A DNA stretch of 63,894 bases, counting the filler, from Choristocarpus tenellus KU-1152 (lineage: Eukaryota > Protista > Phaeophyceae), in NCBI GenBank assembly GCA_964200185.2. It is 9 parts of 9 records of this genome, joined end to end, with 100 filler letters (N's around TTAATTAATTAA, not from the genome) between each part and the next. Parts side by side here need not be neighbours in the genome. Positions count along the whole stretch, not along the records: positions 60,547 to 63,894 come from CAXNAD020020641.1; 8 more parts are not named here. One strand, 5' to 3'. The translations under genes and the position numbers were made by a program. The first letter of the stretch is position 1; every line of letters starts with the position of its first letter. Below the pieces are notes generated by a model, which saw nothing but the letters and a program-made list of their open reading frames with translations, was not told where the DNA came from and ran no database searches. Of the stretch, positions 62,629-63,894 are shown piece after piece.

Positions 62629-63149
62629 GAGTAAAAGTATCTTAGAGGGTACGAGCTTTTCCCTGTTTGCCCATTTGGGGCTTGACTTTCCACAGGTTTT
62701 TAATGAGTTTTTACCTATTCCAAAATGTTTCAGAGTAGGTAAAATGTATACCTTATGAAAAGGTGTGTCCGGAACAAGGATATTAACTTCTCCTAACAAA
62801 CATGATAGCCAAAATTGAGTGAGAGTATCTTAGAGGGTATGAGTTTTCCCCTGTTTGTCCATTTGGGGCTTGGCTTCCCATGTTTTTTTAAATAGCATTT
62901 TCCTACTCCAAAATGTTTAGGAGTAGGTAAAATATGTAAGTTATGAAATGGTGTGTTCGAAACACAGATATTGACACTTCCTAACAAACACGATAGCCAA
63001 AATGTCATCAAAATCGCAACATTGGATTTTGACCCCCAAATGGACGCGGTTGTACCCTCTGAGATACTTTGGCTCAATTACAAAAAAATGCAACATTGGA
63101 TTTTGGCCCACAAATGGACGCCGCTCTACCCTCTAAAATACCTTGAGTC
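62629..63149. mobile_element. MITE family B (outer copy)
   Basis: GAGTAAAAGTATCTTAGAGGGTA...TACCCTCTAAAATACCTTGAGTC, interrupted at CCAAAATT. Confidence 0.9.
62817..63075. mobile_element. MITE family B (inner, nested copy) with AATT duplication
   Basis: AATT|GAGTGAGAGTATCTTAGAGGG...CCCTCTGAGATACTTTGGCTC|AATT. Confidence 0.92.
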
Positions 63150-63874
63150 ATGATCAGTGACAGGCAAGACGTACGAGCACATCATACCATTTGCTGGTGG
63201 GGAACACGTTTTAGTCTTTGCAGTTCAACCTAGTGTAGAGGCTAAACTTCAATGCTGGTATACATGCTCCTCATCCAGTATAAGTACCCACGCTTGTACA
63301 GATGTGCCTATGTACAGTGTAGAGAGGAAGGTATCTTAATCAACTAGGACTGATGCTATCTGATGAGACGGTGGTGGTCCGTGCCTGGGGGGAATTTCTT
63401 GCTGCAAGTTTGTAGTTTTGTTCCACATGTTCGGTTGGATGCTCTTTCCAGTGCTCTTGTCAAAGAGAGCTCTGTGTAGTAATATCGTTCGAGGCATGTA
63501 TTGCTGTATCCTTCTTATAAATGAATGTATATCTCTGTGTTGGTACGAATAACATCTATAGCAATTGGATGAGTGAGTTGGGTGTGTTTGTCTTTTCATT
63601 TTTTTTGGTACATGGCCCCCTAGGCCACTTTGCTTGCCTATGGTTCAACTGCATGCAGTGCGAGTGTCTTACCCTAAGCGACTTGCTTGCCTGTCTTGCT
63701 CAGCAGGAAGGTTTTGTTAATTGTTTTCTGGACGCCATCCCATATAGCTCTGTCTCTATTGTTCATAAAGTCGTCTTCGTGAGCTTTCCCCCCGTAAAAT
63801 AACATATTTCAGAAGACTCTGAGTCTTGTGCAGAGCTTCTACCTGTTTTGTATAGCAAATGCCCATCCTGTTTG

Positions 63875-63894
63875 GGGTCAAAGCATCTGGGGGG
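63875..63894. mobile_element. MITE family A terminus at the window end
   Basis: GGGTCAAAGCATCTGGGGGG. Confidence 0.65.

Larger units (their letters stand above)
61570..63300 (-). mobile_element. Ty3/gypsy (chromovirus-like) integrase + chromodomain relic, interrupted by nested MITEs
   Basis: YVLPVTDH|LTRFVALCPLPNKE...VERVFSIFGPP, MLAMY...NWASLLPFVQ, ETPFF.LFGR, PWRGPYEV (GPY motif), then frameshifted YTID..IVGHR...LRLCGYG...EMIAAY (chromodomain-like). Confidence 0.8.

Noticed and set aside
62497-63153. Recurrent ORFs such as ILTLPNKHDSQN / GSVNILVLDTPF as a small protein family
   Set aside because: These are chance translations of MITE B copies, with frames and stops differing between copies.

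Overview
This window is eukaryotic, intron-rich DNA. It is not one locus: nine unrelated contigs are joined by an artificial 100-bp linker (N44-TTAATTAATTAA-N44). The lineage is probably a stramenopile or brown alga, inferred from the intron style, scattered CCCTAA repeats and TE types. Spliced genes reconstructed by hand from GT-AG junctions and reading phase are: an LRMDA/U2A'-like LRR protein and a class-3 lipase arranged head-to-head; a SEC16-like terminal exon; a PUB+UBX p97 cofactor (probably with two 14-nt micro-exons) head-to-head with a MORN-repeat gene; a polyubiquitin 3' end; and a RhoGAP split by a ~140-aa Gly/acidic insertion. The rest is mostly decayed TEs: a TA-flanked plant-type mariner, a hAT, copia and gypsy/chromovirus relics, and a possible KDZ relic. 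There are also two abundant MITE families (~180 and ~255 bp) that share an AAAGTATCT terminal core and a GTCCATTTGGGG subterminal motif; one is nested in its own family inside a gypsy integrase. The most notable signals are this two-family MITE system, CpG-deamination decay in the mariner, the candidate micro-exons, and a telomere-repeat insertion flanked by a 16-bp duplication. I found no CRISPR array, rRNA, tRNA or Fanzor/TnpB, and nothing I can firmly call a new biological system.
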